From contig JAOZMQ010000001.1 in NCBI GenBank assembly GCA_029934195.1, forward strand, positions 1 through 35,809: a stretch of DNA of 35,809 bases. The letters run 5' to 3'. The notes beneath the pieces are model-generated. The model had not been told where the DNA came from and searched no databases. It worked only from the letters and a program-made list of their open reading frames with translations. Below, piece by piece: positions 18,175 through 30,949 of this stretch (position 1 is its first letter; every line of letters begins with the position of its first letter). Origin of the DNA: Candidatus Cloacimonadota bacterium (GTDB taxonomy: Bacteria; Cloacimonadota; Cloacimonadia; Cloacimonadales; JAOZMQ01). The translations under genes were made by a program, and so were the position numbers.

Positions 18175-18844
18175 TATTCAGAAATTCCGGTCGTATCTTT
18201 TTTGTAATTTCAATTGATTTTTCATTTCGCCAAATATCAATTTTTGCATGATTACCTGAAAGGAGAATCTCTGGAACTGATATTCCGTCAAAATTTACAG
18301 GTCTCGTATAATAAGGACAACCTAACAAATTCTTTTCATGCGAATCACTTTCTGCTGATTCAATATCATTGATGACACCTTCTTGCAATCTCGATAGAGC
18401 ATCAATTAATACCATCGAAGCTAATTCACCGCTTGAAAGAACATAATCTCCGATTGAAATTTCTTCCGTGACATATTTGTCACGAATCCGATTATCTATT
18501 TCTTTATAATGACCACAAATGATTACGATTCTATCATTTTCCATTAATTGCCTAACTTTCTTTTGATTAAGCAATTTTCCTTGTGGTGTAAAGTAAATTA
18601 TAGGAACATTTTTTCCAATATCAAGAAATTTGATTCCTTCTGCGATTGGCTCCGGTTTCATTATCATACCGGCTCCACCTCCATAAGGATAATCATCTAC
18701 TTGTCGATGCTTATTGAAGGCAAAATCTCTAATATCTATAGTGCTAATCTCAATTGCTTTTTTTTTTAAAGCAATATTTACAATACTTGAGTCCAAAAAA
18801 CTATTAAACATTTCAGGAAAAAGAGTTAATAATTCTATTCGCAT
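18161..18844 (-). CDS. trmD: tRNA (guanine37-N1)-methyltransferase
   Basis: MRIELLTLFPEMF, DDYPYGGGAGM, CGHYKEIDNR, SIGDYVLSGGE-like (SIGDYVLSSGE) and PEILLSGNHAKI are present. Confidence 0.95.
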   Translation of the reverse strand: MRIELLTLFPEMFNSFLDSSIVNIALKKKAIEISTIDIRDFAFNKHRQVDDYPYGGGAGMIMKPEPIAEGIKFLDIGKNVPIIYFTPQGKLLNQKKVRQLMENDRIVIICGHYKEIDNRIRDKYVTEEISIGDYVLSSGELASMVLIDALSRLQEGVINDIESAESDSHEKNLLGCPYYTRPVNFDGISVPEILLSGNHAKIDIWRNEKSIEITKKIRPEFLNNEKE

Positions 18845-19353
18845 AATGTTATCAAATCTTCCACATCTTGAACAAAAACAAGTCTCCTTTCTTCAGATAT
18901 TTTAGAGATATAGATATCAATAAATGGTATCATAAATTCCTTTTCATTCACATTTTTTACAACAATTACACCGTGTGCACCATTATCAAAAAAATCAACA
19001 ACAACACCAATTAATTGTTGTTTAAACATTACATTGAACCCGTTTGTATTAATATAATCTGTTCCCGCTTGTATAAAATTAATATCCTTCTTTGATAAAC
19101 AAACTTTAACTTTCTGTCCTGCTAAATCAGGTAGTAATTCCGGTTCCTTAAATTTTATCAAAATTTTTCTATCAGATTCAATAATATGTTCCTTTGTCAC
19201 AAATCTCACTCTATTTTTTGAAAAGATCAAAAAAAAATCATTTATGCTTAAATAGTCAGGTTGAAAAGAATCATCTTTTTTAAACTGAATATATCCATCT
19301 TCATTGATGAAATTTCCTAACCTGCCTATTTGGTAAAGATCCGATATTCTCAT
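18835..19353 (-). CDS. rimM: 16S rRNA processing protein RimM
   Basis: Position in the rpsP-KH-rimM-trmD operon, the 172-aa length and a PRC-barrel-like C-terminus (GVVVDFFDNGAHGVIVV) support the call. Confidence 0.85.
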   Translation of the reverse strand: MRISDLYQIGRLGNFINEDGYIQFKKDDSFQPDYLSINDFFLIFSKNRVRFVTKEHIIESDRKILIKFKEPELLPDLAGQKVKVCLSKKDINFIQAGTDYINTNGFNVMFKQQLIGVVVDFFDNGAHGVIVVKNVNEKEFMIPFIDIYISKISEERRLVFVQDVEDLITLCE

Positions 19354-19590
19354 TTATTCCATTATTTCAAGCTCAGCTCTTTTGCCTTGCTTTGTTGAAA
19401 CGGCATTGAGTATTGTTCGAATAGCACCAGCTGTTCTTCCTCTCTTTCCAATCACTTTTCCAATATCTTCTTTTGCAACTTTCAATTCAAATAAAGTCGT
19501 TTTTTCACCATCAATTTCCTGAATAGCAACTTCACTTGGATCATCAACAAGTGCTTTCACGATGAATTCAATAAGTTCTTTCATATTCAT
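19354..19590 (-). CDS. KH domain RNA-binding protein (YlqC/UPF0109 family)
   Basis: The [20 protein letters not shown] motif, the 78-aa length and the conserved position after rpsP support the call. Confidence 0.85.
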   Translation of the reverse strand: MNMKELIEFIVKALVDDPSEVAIQEIDGEKTTLFELKVAKEDIGKVIGKRGRTAGAIRTILNAVSTKQGKRAELEIME

Positions 19591-19614
19591 CTCCTTACAA
19601 CATTTTAATAAAAA

Positions 19615-19896
19615 TTAGCCTTCAATTTTGCGAGCTAATTTTGCTTCGTGCCACTTTTGAAGAACACCTGCTTTTCTAAGCAGAGCTCTAACAGTAACTG
19701 TTGGTTGAGCACCAACTTCCAACCATTTTACAGCTTTATCCATATCTATTTTCAAAGTGAATGGGTCGGTTTTAGGGTCGTAATAACCAACAGATTCAAG
19801 ATATTTACCATCTCTTTTTACACGAGAATCAACAACGACAACCCGGTAAAATGGTCTATTATTTGCACCCATTCTTTTAAGTCTAAGCTTTACCAT
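19615..19896 (-). CDS. rpsP: 30S ribosomal protein S16
   Basis: [40 protein letters not shown] is typical of S16. I prefer the ATG at 19896, preceded by GGAG, over the ORF-track start at 19911. Confidence 0.95.
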   Translation of the reverse strand: MVKLRLKRMGANNRPFYRVVVVDSRVKRDGKYLESVGYYDPKTDPFTLKIDMDKAVKWLEVGAQPTVTVRALLRKAGVLQKWHEAKLARKIEG

Positions 19897-19972
19897 TATA
19901 TCTCCTATCATTTTTTTTATATATCATATTAATATTTAATGTTAACTTTTTTTCACAAGCTGTGAAGTCAAG

Positions 19973-21301
19973 TTAAATCTTAAATGGAAATCCATTTTTC
20001 CCTTTTTTCTTTTTGGGGTTATTGAACATCTTTATCATTTTCTTCATTTGAGTAAATTGTTTAAGCAATCTATTTATTTGCTGTACAGAAGTTCCACTTC
20101 CTTTTGCAATTCTAATTCTTCGACTTCCGTTAATAATGCCTGGAATTTCTCTTTCTTTTTTAGTCATTGAATAAATAATAGCTTCAATTTTAGATATTTC
20201 CTTATCATCAATTTTAACATCTTTCAAAGCTTTAGAATTTACACCCGGAATCATTGAAAGAATTTGATCCAAAGGACCCATTTTTTTTATTTGATGTAAT
20301 TGGTCTAAAAAATCAGAAAATGTGAATTGGTTTTTCTTTAACCTCTCTGCCAATTTTTCTGCTTTTTCTTTATCCATTGAAGATTCAGCTTTTTCAATTA
20401 ATGAGAGAACATCACCCATTCCGAGAATTCTTGATGCCATTCTATCAGGATAAAATTCTTCTAAATCATTGGCTTTTTCACCAGCACCAACAAACGCAAC
20501 CGGTTTATTTGTTACAGCTTTGATAGAAAGAGCAGCTCCACCTCTTGCATCACCATCCATTTTGGTAAGAATTACACCATCAAAACTCAATTGTTCATTA
20601 AATTCTTTTGCAACAGTAACAGCATCTTGTCCGGTCATCGCATCTGCAACAAAAAATATATAATCAGGCTTGAGAAAACTTTTCAGTTCTCTTAATTCCA
20701 TCATCATTTTCTCGTCAACATGAAGCCTTCCAGCTGTATCAAAAATAATCAGATTACTAAATAAATTCTCAGCATTTTTAATAGCAGTACGTGCTATTTT
20801 CACTACATCTTTTGTGTCTTCAGAAATTACTGGAATATCAAGTTGCCGTCCTAAAACCTTAAGTTGTTCAATAGCTGCCGGTCTATAAATATCACAAGCT
20901 GCCATTATTGGTTTACTACCTTTTTTCCTAAAATATTGAGATAGTTTTGCACATGCAGTCGTTTTTCCAGCTCCCTGTAAACCAACCAACATTATTTTGC
21001 TTACTCTATTTGATTGAAGTTTAACTTTAAAAGAATCATTTCCCATCAAATGAATAAGTTGTTCATGAACAATTTTTACCACTTGCTGACCAGGCTGAAG
21101 ACTCTTCATAACTTCTTGTCCAACAGCACGAGTTTGAACTTCTGATATAAAATTTTTAACGATTTTAAAATTTACATCTGCTTCAAGTAAAGCACGACGA
21201 ACTTCTCTCAGTGAATCTTTTATATTTTGTTCAGATAACTTTCCTTTACCTTTTAATTTTTTAAAAACCCCATTTAACCTTTCTGTCAATTCTCCAAACA
21301 T
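19973..21301 (-). CDS. ffh: Signal recognition particle protein Ffh
   Basis: The N domain, the GTPase motifs GLQGAGKTT, DTAGR and TKMDGDARGGAALS, and a Met-rich M domain are present. Confidence 0.97.
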   Translation of the reverse strand: MFGELTERLNGVFKKLKGKGKLSEQNIKDSLREVRRALLEADVNFKIVKNFISEVQTRAVGQEVMKSLQPGQQVVKIVHEQLIHLMGNDSFKVKLQSNRVSKIMLVGLQGAGKTTACAKLSQYFRKKGSKPIMAACDIYRPAAIEQLKVLGRQLDIPVISEDTKDVVKIARTAIKNAENLFSNLIIFDTAGRLHVDEKMMMELRELKSFLKPDYIFFVADAMTGQDAVTVAKEFNEQLSFDGVILTKMDGDARGGAALSIKAVTNKPVAFVGAGEKANDLEEFYPDRMASRILGMGDVLSLIEKAESSMDKEKAEKLAERLKKNQFTFSDFLDQLHQIKKMGPLDQILSMIPGVNSKALKDVKIDDKEISKIEAIIYSMTKKEREIPGIINGSRRIRIAKGSGTSVQQINRLLKQFTQMKKMIKMFNNPKKKKGKNGFPFKI

Positions 21302-21930
21302 TATCGTAAACTCCCTACTTTTGCAGAATAATCATTTCCACTAAAGATATAAGATCCTGAAACTAAAATTTCAGCACCTGCTGCAATAAGCTTTTTAGCA
21401 TTCAGATCGGTAACACCACCATCAATTTCAATACATAATTCTTTTCGTTTTAATTTCAGTATTCTAATTTTTTCATAAACTAATGATAAAAAAGTTTGTC
21501 CCCCAAAACCTGGATTTACACTCATCAATAAAACAAAATCAAGATCATTAATTATTGGGAAAATGGTTTCGACAGGTGTCGCTGGATTTAAAGCAACTCC
21601 GGCTTTACAATTATTCTCTTTAATTTTCGAGATCAATCGGTGAAGATGAAAAACTGTTTCTTGATGAATAGAGATATAATCAACTCCAATTTTTGATAAG
21701 TTATCGATGTATATTTCCGGATTTGTCACCATCAAATGTACATCAATTTTTAGATTTGTAAATTCTCTGATTTGTTTTATTATTGGAAAACCAAAAGTCA
21801 AATTTGGAACAAAATGACCATCCATAACGTCAAGATGTAAAATTTCAGATCCAGACTTTTCAATTAATCTAATCTCTTTTTCTAATCTTAAAAAATCTGC
21901 TGCGAGCAGAGAAGGAGCTATTTTTACCAT
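21301..21930 (-). CDS. rpe: Ribulose-phosphate 3-epimerase
   Basis: IAPSLLAADF, HLDVMDGHFVPN, VHLMV, MSVNPGFGGQ and DGG motifs are present. Confidence 0.95.
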   Translation of the reverse strand: MVKIAPSLLAADFLRLEKEIRLIEKSGSEILHLDVMDGHFVPNLTFGFPIIKQIREFTNLKIDVHLMVTNPEIYIDNLSKIGVDYISIHQETVFHLHRLISKIKENNCKAGVALNPATPVETIFPIINDLDFVLLMSVNPGFGGQTFLSLVYEKIRILKLKRKELCIEIDGGVTDLNAKKLIAAGAEILVSGSYIFSGNDYSAKVGSLR

Positions 21931-22232
21931 TTATTTTTCCGTTTACTTTTCATAAAAAAAAGAATATTTTCAAGCTTGATTCCTGTATAGTGTTCTATCT
22001 TTTGCAATAGAATTTCTTTTTGAAGAACTAATTCTTGCAACCAAACACTATTTTCCACATTTACAAAAAGTATTTTATTTTCTAATTTATAAATAAAAGC
22101 ACGCTCTGCCAGAATCGAGCCCATAAGCTTTTTCCATGACAGAGCAATTGTTATTAAATCTCTCTTATCTTTACCGGCAATTTTATATACAAGTTGTACA
22201 ACTGAATTACCGACTTTATGAAATTCCTTCAA
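21924..22232 (-). CDS. DUF721 (DciA-like) domain protein
   Basis: At 102 aa, the segment W..LMGSILAERAFIYKLENKILFVNVENSVWLQEL resembles DUF721 family members. This is from memory and unverified. Confidence 0.55.
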   Translation of the reverse strand: MKEFHKVGNSVVQLVYKIAGKDKRDLITIALSWKKLMGSILAERAFIYKLENKILFVNVENSVWLQELVLQKEILLQKIEHYTGIKLENILFFMKSKRKNKW

Positions 22233-22790
22233 TTATTCTCTAACTTTTGCAAGCAAAGAAATTCCCGACCATGCGAATATAGAAAGGAATAATGTTGAAT
22301 AGTAAGCACTTCCAAGAGCACCATAACTACTATTAAACTTGAGCATAACAAATCCCGGAATTGTTGCTAAAATCACAAAGATTATATATCCTAAAAGAGT
22401 AATCATGCTATTATTTCCTTTGTGTCTGTTTATCAATATAACAGTAAATATTCCAACAATAACCATAAGTATTGTACCTGCAATTAGTAAAAATCCATTA
22501 ATAGAATTTGCGGTTGCATCTTTGAATGATTTATATGGCATATATAAACTAAGAAGAATTAGTAATACACCTAAAACGATATAAAAATACTTTGATTTCT
22601 GAGAAGTCGGTTTTTTGTGTTTCCGAAATTTTTCATATAAGAAAACACCCAAGAAAACTAATAAAAAGAAAACAAAATATACTGGTATCATCATTTTGGG
22701 ATTTTCGCTAGCAAAACCCAAAGCTGAAAACGAGCCTAATAGTGCGATCCACATAAGCCCTTTTAGAATTAACGATACTATATTTTTCAA
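22233..22790 (-). CDS. Hypothetical integral membrane protein (~5-6 TM)
   Basis: Multiple hydrophobic stretches are present. The TTG start is preceded by AGGAGG. No recognisable family. Confidence 0.6.
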   Translation of the reverse strand: MKNIVSLILKGLMWIALLGSFSALGFASENPKMMIPVYFVFFLLVFLGVFLYEKFRKHKKPTSQKSKYFYIVLGVLLILLSLYMPYKSFKDATANSINGFLLIAGTILMVIVGIFTVILINRHKGNNSMITLLGYIIFVILATIPGFVMLKFNSSYGALGSAYYSTLFLSIFAWSGISLLAKVRE

Positions 22791-22817
22791 AAGAACCTCC
22801 TTACAGGTCTAACAATG

Positions 22818-23261
22818 CTACTCTTTTTCTACTTTTACTTTAATCTTAGCAGTAATGTCTGTAGCAATATTGATATCAACATCAAATTCGCCGAGTTCTT
22901 TAATATGTTTATCAAGAACTATAGCAACTCTACTAATTTTTAAGTCTAATTTTTCCAATTCATTCACAATATCAACATCAGATACTGATCCAAATAAATG
23001 ATCATGCTCATCAGCTTTTCTTATGAAAGAGATTTCAACATTATTGATTTTTGCAGCAAGAGCTTTCCATTCATTAAATTTCTCTAATTTTTTCTCTTCT
23101 GCTACTTTTTTAATACTTTCAATTTTTTTTAAATTGAATTCCGTTGCCATTATTGCTTTTTTTTGAGGTAAAAGATAATTTCTTGCATAACCATTTGCAC
23201 AAGTTACTACATCACCGGCTTTTCCTAATTTATATATGTCATCCACTAATATGATCTTCAT
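22818..23261 (-). CDS. rplI: 50S ribosomal protein L9
   Basis: MKIILVDDIYKLGKAGDVV.CANGYARNYLLPQKKA is typical of L9. GGAGG lies upstream. Confidence 0.93.
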   Translation of the reverse strand: MKIILVDDIYKLGKAGDVVTCANGYARNYLLPQKKAIMATEFNLKKIESIKKVAEEKKLEKFNEWKALAAKINNVEISFIRKADEHDHLFGSVSDVDIVNELEKLDLKISRVAIVLDKHIKELGEFDVDINIATDITAKIKVKVEKE

Positions 23262-24129
23262 TCAGATCCTCCATCTTGTTAATTTTTCTAAAATCAAACC
23301 AAATATCAAACAGTCCCATTATTGCGATTAAAACCAATAAATATGGATTTAAAAAAAACGAAAAAAATAAAACTGCTTGAAGAATTTTTGAGCTGGAGAA
23401 CAATTGTCCCCAATAAAAATTTATAATTGCAAATCCTTCTAAAAGAAAAACCGATAAAACAATTATAAATAAATTCAAACCTATTATACGCAAATTTGGA
23501 ATTAGATAAACAACCATACTCGCTATTAGAAAATATACAATTTCATGCGGTAGAATTAATTTTTTAAAATTCCATTTAATCTCTATTTTTTTTGAAAGAA
23601 AAAATAAACCGAGATACAATGCAATTGACATTACAAAAAAAAATATTGCCATTTGAAAAGTATCAAATTTTTCCCAACTATCTGTTATTGCTTTGATAAA
23701 TATTTCAGACTCTTGACCTTTTGGTACTAAGCCTTCTACTTGTGAAATTATTTCAGTAATGTGGTTACTTTTTTCTGAGAAAATTTTTGGCCATATGAAA
23801 TAGAAACGAAATATTGAATAAATAAAATTTATAGAAATTCCGCTCAAGACAGACAGCAGAAAATTTTTCTTATGTTTTAGAACATATAAACTTGTACTGG
23901 TAATTAAAATGATAAAAATCAAGCTATCACCAATATGAAGAGAATCACTTATCCCTAAAACAATTCCAATTACAAATACTATTAGAAAAGGAATATAAAA
24001 TTTTAAATTATAGTTCTCTTCTTCTAATAAGAATTTACCACAAATAGATAAAATAAAGACCAAAGCCCAAAAAGGACTAAAGACCGCAATAGTTCCACCA
24101 ATTATTGCGTATAATGATTTTTTTGACAC
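23239..24129 (-). CDS. Polytopic membrane protein, possibly YybS/DUF2232-like
   Basis: It is highly hydrophobic. Its position between rpsR and rplI mirrors yybS in Firmicutes (rpsF-ssb-rpsR ... yybS-gdpP-rplI). The ORF-track N-terminus overlaps rpsR by 82 nt. I prefer the GTG at 24129, 2 nt after the rpsR stop. The family call is from synteny only. Confidence 0.45.
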   Translation of the reverse strand: MSKKSLYAIIGGTIAVFSPFWALVFILSICGKFLLEEENYNLKFYIPFLIVFVIGIVLGISDSLHIGDSLIFIILITSTSLYVLKHKKNFLLSVLSGISINFIYSIFRFYFIWPKIFSEKSNHITEIISQVEGLVPKGQESEIFIKAITDSWEKFDTFQMAIFFFVMSIALYLGLFFLSKKIEIKWNFKKLILPHEIVYFLIASMVVYLIPNLRIIGLNLFIIVLSVFLLEGFAIINFYWGQLFSSSKILQAVLFFSFFLNPYLLVLIAIMGLFDIWFDFRKINKMEDLNEDHISG

Positions 24130-24131
24130 AA

Positions 24132-24371
24132 CTATTCGTTTATATACGCAATTAAAGCCATCTGACGAGCTTTTTTTATTTCGCGAACAAGTTTTCTCTG
24201 ATGTTTTGCACAAGTTCCTGTTAAACGAGTTGGTTCAATTTTACCACTTTCAGCGGTAAATTCTTTCATCATATCGGTATTTTTATAATCTATAACTAAT
24301 TCTTTATTTGAGCAAAATTTGCAGTATTTCTTTTTAAAGGCTCTTCTTTTTCTTTCAAATCTTCTTGCCAT
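24132..24371 (-). CDS. rpsR: 30S ribosomal protein S18
   Basis: CKFC...IDYKN...L..F....GKI.P.R.TG.CAKHQR.L...IK.AR..AL is typical of S18. Confidence 0.95.
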   Translation of the reverse strand: MARRFERKRRAFKKKYCKFCSNKELVIDYKNTDMMKEFTAESGKIEPTRLTGTCAKHQRKLVREIKKARQMALIAYINE

Positions 24372-24387
24372 TTGTTTTTCTCCTTAA

Positions 24388-24837
24388 TTAAAATGGGACA
24401 TCATCATCGGTAACATTTGGAGTAGGAGCTTCTTTTGTAAACCCTGTTTCTTCATGTACTTCATTATTTGGAGCACTTGAGTACTCACCTACTTTTTCGA
24501 GGAAATGAACTCTATTTGCTACAATTTCCACAATTTTTCTATTGTTATTATCTCGATCAACGTAAGAACGGGTCTTCAGATAACCTTCTACAACTAAAGG
24601 ACTCCCTTTATGTAATTCTTCTGCACATTGTTCTGCACGTTTATTCCAGACGACAACATCAATAAAACTGGCTTCTTGCTTCCATTCTCCTGATGAATCT
24701 TTGTAGTTTCTATCAAAAGCAATCGACATGTTTGCTACCGCCATCCCAGATGGAGTATATCGGAGATCAATATCTCTTGTAAGACGACCACTGATTGTAA
24801 TAGAATTTATTCGCGGAAATCTTAATTCTTTTGCCAT
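24388..24837 (-). CDS. ssb: Single-stranded DNA-binding protein
   Basis: The OB-fold N-terminus (INSITISGRLTRDIDLRYTPSGMAVA...) and the acidic C-terminal tip DDDVPF are present. Confidence 0.95.
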   Translation of the reverse strand: MAKELRFPRINSITISGRLTRDIDLRYTPSGMAVANMSIAFDRNYKDSSGEWKQEASFIDVVVWNKRAEQCAEELHKGSPLVVEGYLKTRSYVDRDNNNRKIVEIVANRVHFLEKVGEYSSAPNNEVHEETGFTKEAPTPNVTDDDVPF

Positions 24838-24849
24838 AACTAACCTCTC

Positions 24850-25134
24850 TTACTCTGCAATAAGAATATTGTGTCTAATTATATTCTCATTAAGTTTAAT
24901 CTGAAGATCAAATTCTTTAACTTTGTCTTGTTCAATGTTATAATAATTTACAAAATAAAATGCTTCTTTAATTTTTCTTATCTCGTATGCAAGTCTTCTT
25001 TTGCCCCATACATCAATTTCGATAATTTCACCGCCATTATCTGTAATATACTTGAGAATCTTTTCATTCTCTTTAGTAGCATCTTCCTTGCTAAATGTTG
25101 GTGACAACATTATCATGCTTTCATATTTTTTCAT
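24850..25134 (-). CDS. rpsF: 30S ribosomal protein S6
   Basis: MKKYESMIMLSP...WGKRRLAYEI...A.Y is typical of S6. Synteny with ssb and rpsR supports it. Confidence 0.9.
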   Translation of the reverse strand: MKKYESMIMLSPTFSKEDATKENEKILKYITDNGGEIIEIDVWGKRRLAYEIRKIKEAFYFVNYYNIEQDKVKEFDLQIKLNENIIRHNILIAE

Positions 25135-25727
25135 TTAGTCTCTCCTACGGTCTGTTGATTCTGAAATAAAGTTTCAGAATAGGTTGTTTTATTCCTGCTA
25201 TAATAATTTAACAATTCCTTAAATGAATAGTTTATATATTCATCCAGAATATCAATTGAAAAATCAAAACACTTGGTCATGATTTTCATTTCTTCATCGG
25301 AAAAATCTGATAATACAAAATCAGATAATAATTCCTGTGATGGTTGTTCAACTCCAATTCGCATTCTTTTGAAGTCTTGGGAATTCAATACTGAGATTAT
25401 AGATTTAAGACCATTATGCCCACCATCACTTCCTTTTGAGCGAAATCTTAAATCACCACTTTTCAGATAGATATCATCAACAATTATTAATATATCATCA
25501 ATACTGAATTTTTCAATTGCTGTTAGAACAGCATTTCCACTTCGATTCATATAGGTAGTTGGTTTAATTAAAACCGCATCATTATATTCTGCAAACAGAT
25601 AATTAGCTTCTTTTTTAAAGGAAAGACCCTTTTTTGAAGCAAAATTATCGAGGATAATGAAACCTATATTATGTCTATTCAAAGAATATTTCTTACCTGG
25701 ATTCCCCAAGCCAACAATCAACTTCAT
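25131..25727 (-). CDS. pth: Peptidyl-tRNA hydrolase
   Basis: LIVGLGNPG..Y...RHNIGF, MNRSG, DD and GGHNGLKS motifs are present. Confidence 0.95.
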   Translation of the reverse strand: MKLIVGLGNPGKKYSLNRHNIGFIILDNFASKKGLSFKKEANYLFAEYNDAVLIKPTTYMNRSGNAVLTAIEKFSIDDILIIVDDIYLKSGDLRFRSKGSDGGHNGLKSIISVLNSQDFKRMRIGVEQPSQELLSDFVLSDFSDEEMKIMTKCFDFSIDILDEYINYSFKELLNYYSRNKTTYSETLFQNQQTVGETK

Positions 25728-26332
25728 TATTCAGCTGATTCTTCTTCTGTTCCTTCTTCTGCTTCTTCTTCATCAAGAGAAGAACCACGTGGTTTATGAA
25801 CAATTGCTAATCCCTGATCCATTTTCACATTTGTTTCCATATTTTCAAGAGCAATATCTCTCAAATGGATACCTTCGTTTAATCCTAAATCTGAGACATC
25901 AATCTTAATATCTTCAGGAGCATCTTTCATGAGACAAATAACTTCGAGAGAACGTAGTAAAACTTCTAAACGTCCACCTTTATCAACTCCTTTTGGCACA
26001 CCAACATAGGTTAAGGGGATCATTAGATGGATTGGTTTTCCTGCTTCAATTTCGTTGAAATCTACATGAACAAATCTCCTTGATACAGGATGCATTTGCT
26101 TTTCTTTGATAATTGTTCTGTAAGTTTTTCCCTCAAATTCTACATCAAAAAAAGCAACATTTCCATAGCTTTCTCTAAGAATTTTTAAGAATTTAGATTC
26201 TTTCAAAACAATATTTTTGCCTTTTTGGCCTTTTGTGTAAAGAACACCAGGAATCATTCCGCTTTTTCTAAGATTTTTTAAATCGGATTTTTTCCCGAGC
26301 TCTCTACCTTTCGCTTCAATTTTAAGTATCAT
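25727..26332 (-). CDS. rplY: 50S ribosomal protein L25/general stress protein Ctc
   Basis: LRKSGMIPGVLY, HPVSRRFVHVDF and an acidic tail are present. I prefer the ATG at 26332, preceded by GGAGG at a 5-nt spacing. The ORF-track start at 26380 would overlap prs. Confidence 0.9.
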   Translation of the reverse strand: MILKIEAKGRELGKKSDLKNLRKSGMIPGVLYTKGQKGKNIVLKESKFLKILRESYGNVAFFDVEFEGKTYRTIIKEKQMHPVSRRFVHVDFNEIEAGKPIHLMIPLTYVGVPKGVDKGGRLEVLLRSLEVICLMKDAPEDIKIDVSDLGLNEGIHLRDIALENMETNVKMDQGLAIVHKPRGSSLDEEEAEEGTEEESAE

Positions 26333-26348
26333 TTTATCCTCCGCATTT

Positions 26349-27285
26349 CTATCTGAAAAGAATGCTAATTGATTCTTCAATATGTATTTTTTTTATAGCT
26401 ATTGCCAATAATTCTGCAATAGACAATTGAATTATTTTTTTATTTTTTCCTTTAACTTCGTTTAAAGGTACCGAATTTGTAATGAATAATTTCTCTATTG
26501 GAGAGTTCTGAATTTTATCAACCGCATCACGAGATAAAACCCCATGAACGCAAGCTGCAAAAATTCTCTTTGCTCCTCGTTTTTGTAAAGCATAAGAAAT
26601 CTTTGTTAGGCTTCCACCTGTATCAATTATATCATCAAACAAAATTGCTGTTTTACCTTTTACATCGCCAATAATATTCAATATCTCAGCTTTATCATCA
26701 TTTCCTATCCTTCGCTTATCCCCAATCGCTAACCCACATTTCAATCTTTTTGCCAAAGCTCTTGCTCGGTTTGCACCACCGGAATCAGGAGAAACAACAA
26801 CAATATCTTTAATATCTAAATTTGATTTAAAGTATCTCGCAAAAATTGGTATAGAAAACAAATGGTCAACAGGAATATTAAAAAAACCTTGAATTTGATC
26901 AGCATGTAAATCAACTGTAATTATTCTATCTGCTCCAGCTGTCGTAAGAATATCCGCTACAAGTTTTGCTGTAATAGGAACACGCGGTTGATCTTTTTTA
27001 TCTGATCTAGCATAGCCATAATAAGGTATCACGCAATTAATTCTTTTAGCAGAAGCACGCTTCAAAGCATCAATCATAATCAATAATTCCATTAAATTAT
27101 CATTTACGGGAAAGCAAGTTGGCTGTACTATAAAAGCATCAGCCCCACGAACATTTTCATTGATTTTAACGAAAGATTCATTATTGGAAAATTTAATAAC
27201 TTCAGCATCACCAAGAGGAATCCCAGCAAATTTTGCGACTTCTTTTGCAAGTTCTTTATTGGCATTTCCTGTAAATATTTTAAGT

Positions 27286-27296
<11 letters not shown>
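26349..27296 (-). CDS. prs: Ribose-phosphate pyrophosphokinase
   Basis: MFSRLKIFTGNAN.ELA, YYGYARSDKK, VDLHADQIQGFF and the PRPP loop LFDDIIDTGGSL are present. I prefer the ATG at 27296; the upstream 42 codons of the ORF track look like read-through of the ispE 3' end. Confidence 0.96.
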
Positions 27297-30379
<3,083 letters not shown>

Positions 30380-30388
30380 ATTGATTCC

Positions 30389-30871
30389 TTAGTTTCCTGT
30401 AAATAAGTTATAAACACCAAAAACCATAGAAACATCAGCTAAGAAACGGACTCCTCTTCTAAAAGCATAATAAATAGTTCCAGAAACAATTATTGTATCT
30501 CCAGGTTCTAATTTTGGAATAAGTTTTTCATCCCCTGATTCCATATATTTACGCATATTAACTTCAATTATTCTATCCCCCTCTGCAGTAGGTCTAACAA
30601 TTTTCACTTTTGAAAGTTTTGCGTCTTCTGTTGGACCACCAGCAAGTGAAATTAAAGCTAATAAATCGGTATTATCCGGAACAATATATAAACCGGGTTT
30701 TTTAATTTGTCCCCAAATATACGTCTTGATCTTTAGATTTTCAGACCCTGCAATTGAGCCGGAGAACATGTAGGCTGAAGTATTATTAGTTGACTGAAAA
30801 TTACTATTATTCTGAGCAACAATAGTAAAACACATAATTATAAATAATATAAAAAAGATGATTTTTTTCAC
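30389..30871 (-). CDS. Short outer-membrane polysaccharide export (OPX, Wza-like) protein with SLBB-type domain, lacking a Wza C-terminal OM helix
   Basis: It has a signal peptide. IWGQIKKPGLYIVPDNTDLLALISLAGGPTEDAKLSKVKIVR is the Poly_export/SLBB-type signature. It is only 160 aa. The GTG start is preceded by AGAGG. It lies 9 nt upstream of the wzc-like gene. Confidence 0.7.
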   Translation of the reverse strand: MKKIIFFILFIIMCFTIVAQNNSNFQSTNNTSAYMFSGSIAGSENLKIKTYIWGQIKKPGLYIVPDNTDLLALISLAGGPTEDAKLSKVKIVRPTAEGDRIIEVNMRKYMESGDEKLIPKLEPGDTIIVSGTIYYAFRRGVRFLADVSMVFGVYNLFTGN

Positions 30872-30949
30872 ATTAACCTCTGATATTTTTTTTGCAAAAA
30901 GGAAATCTGTTCTTTGTACGTCAAGTAAAAATCCTTTTGGGTTGAAGAA

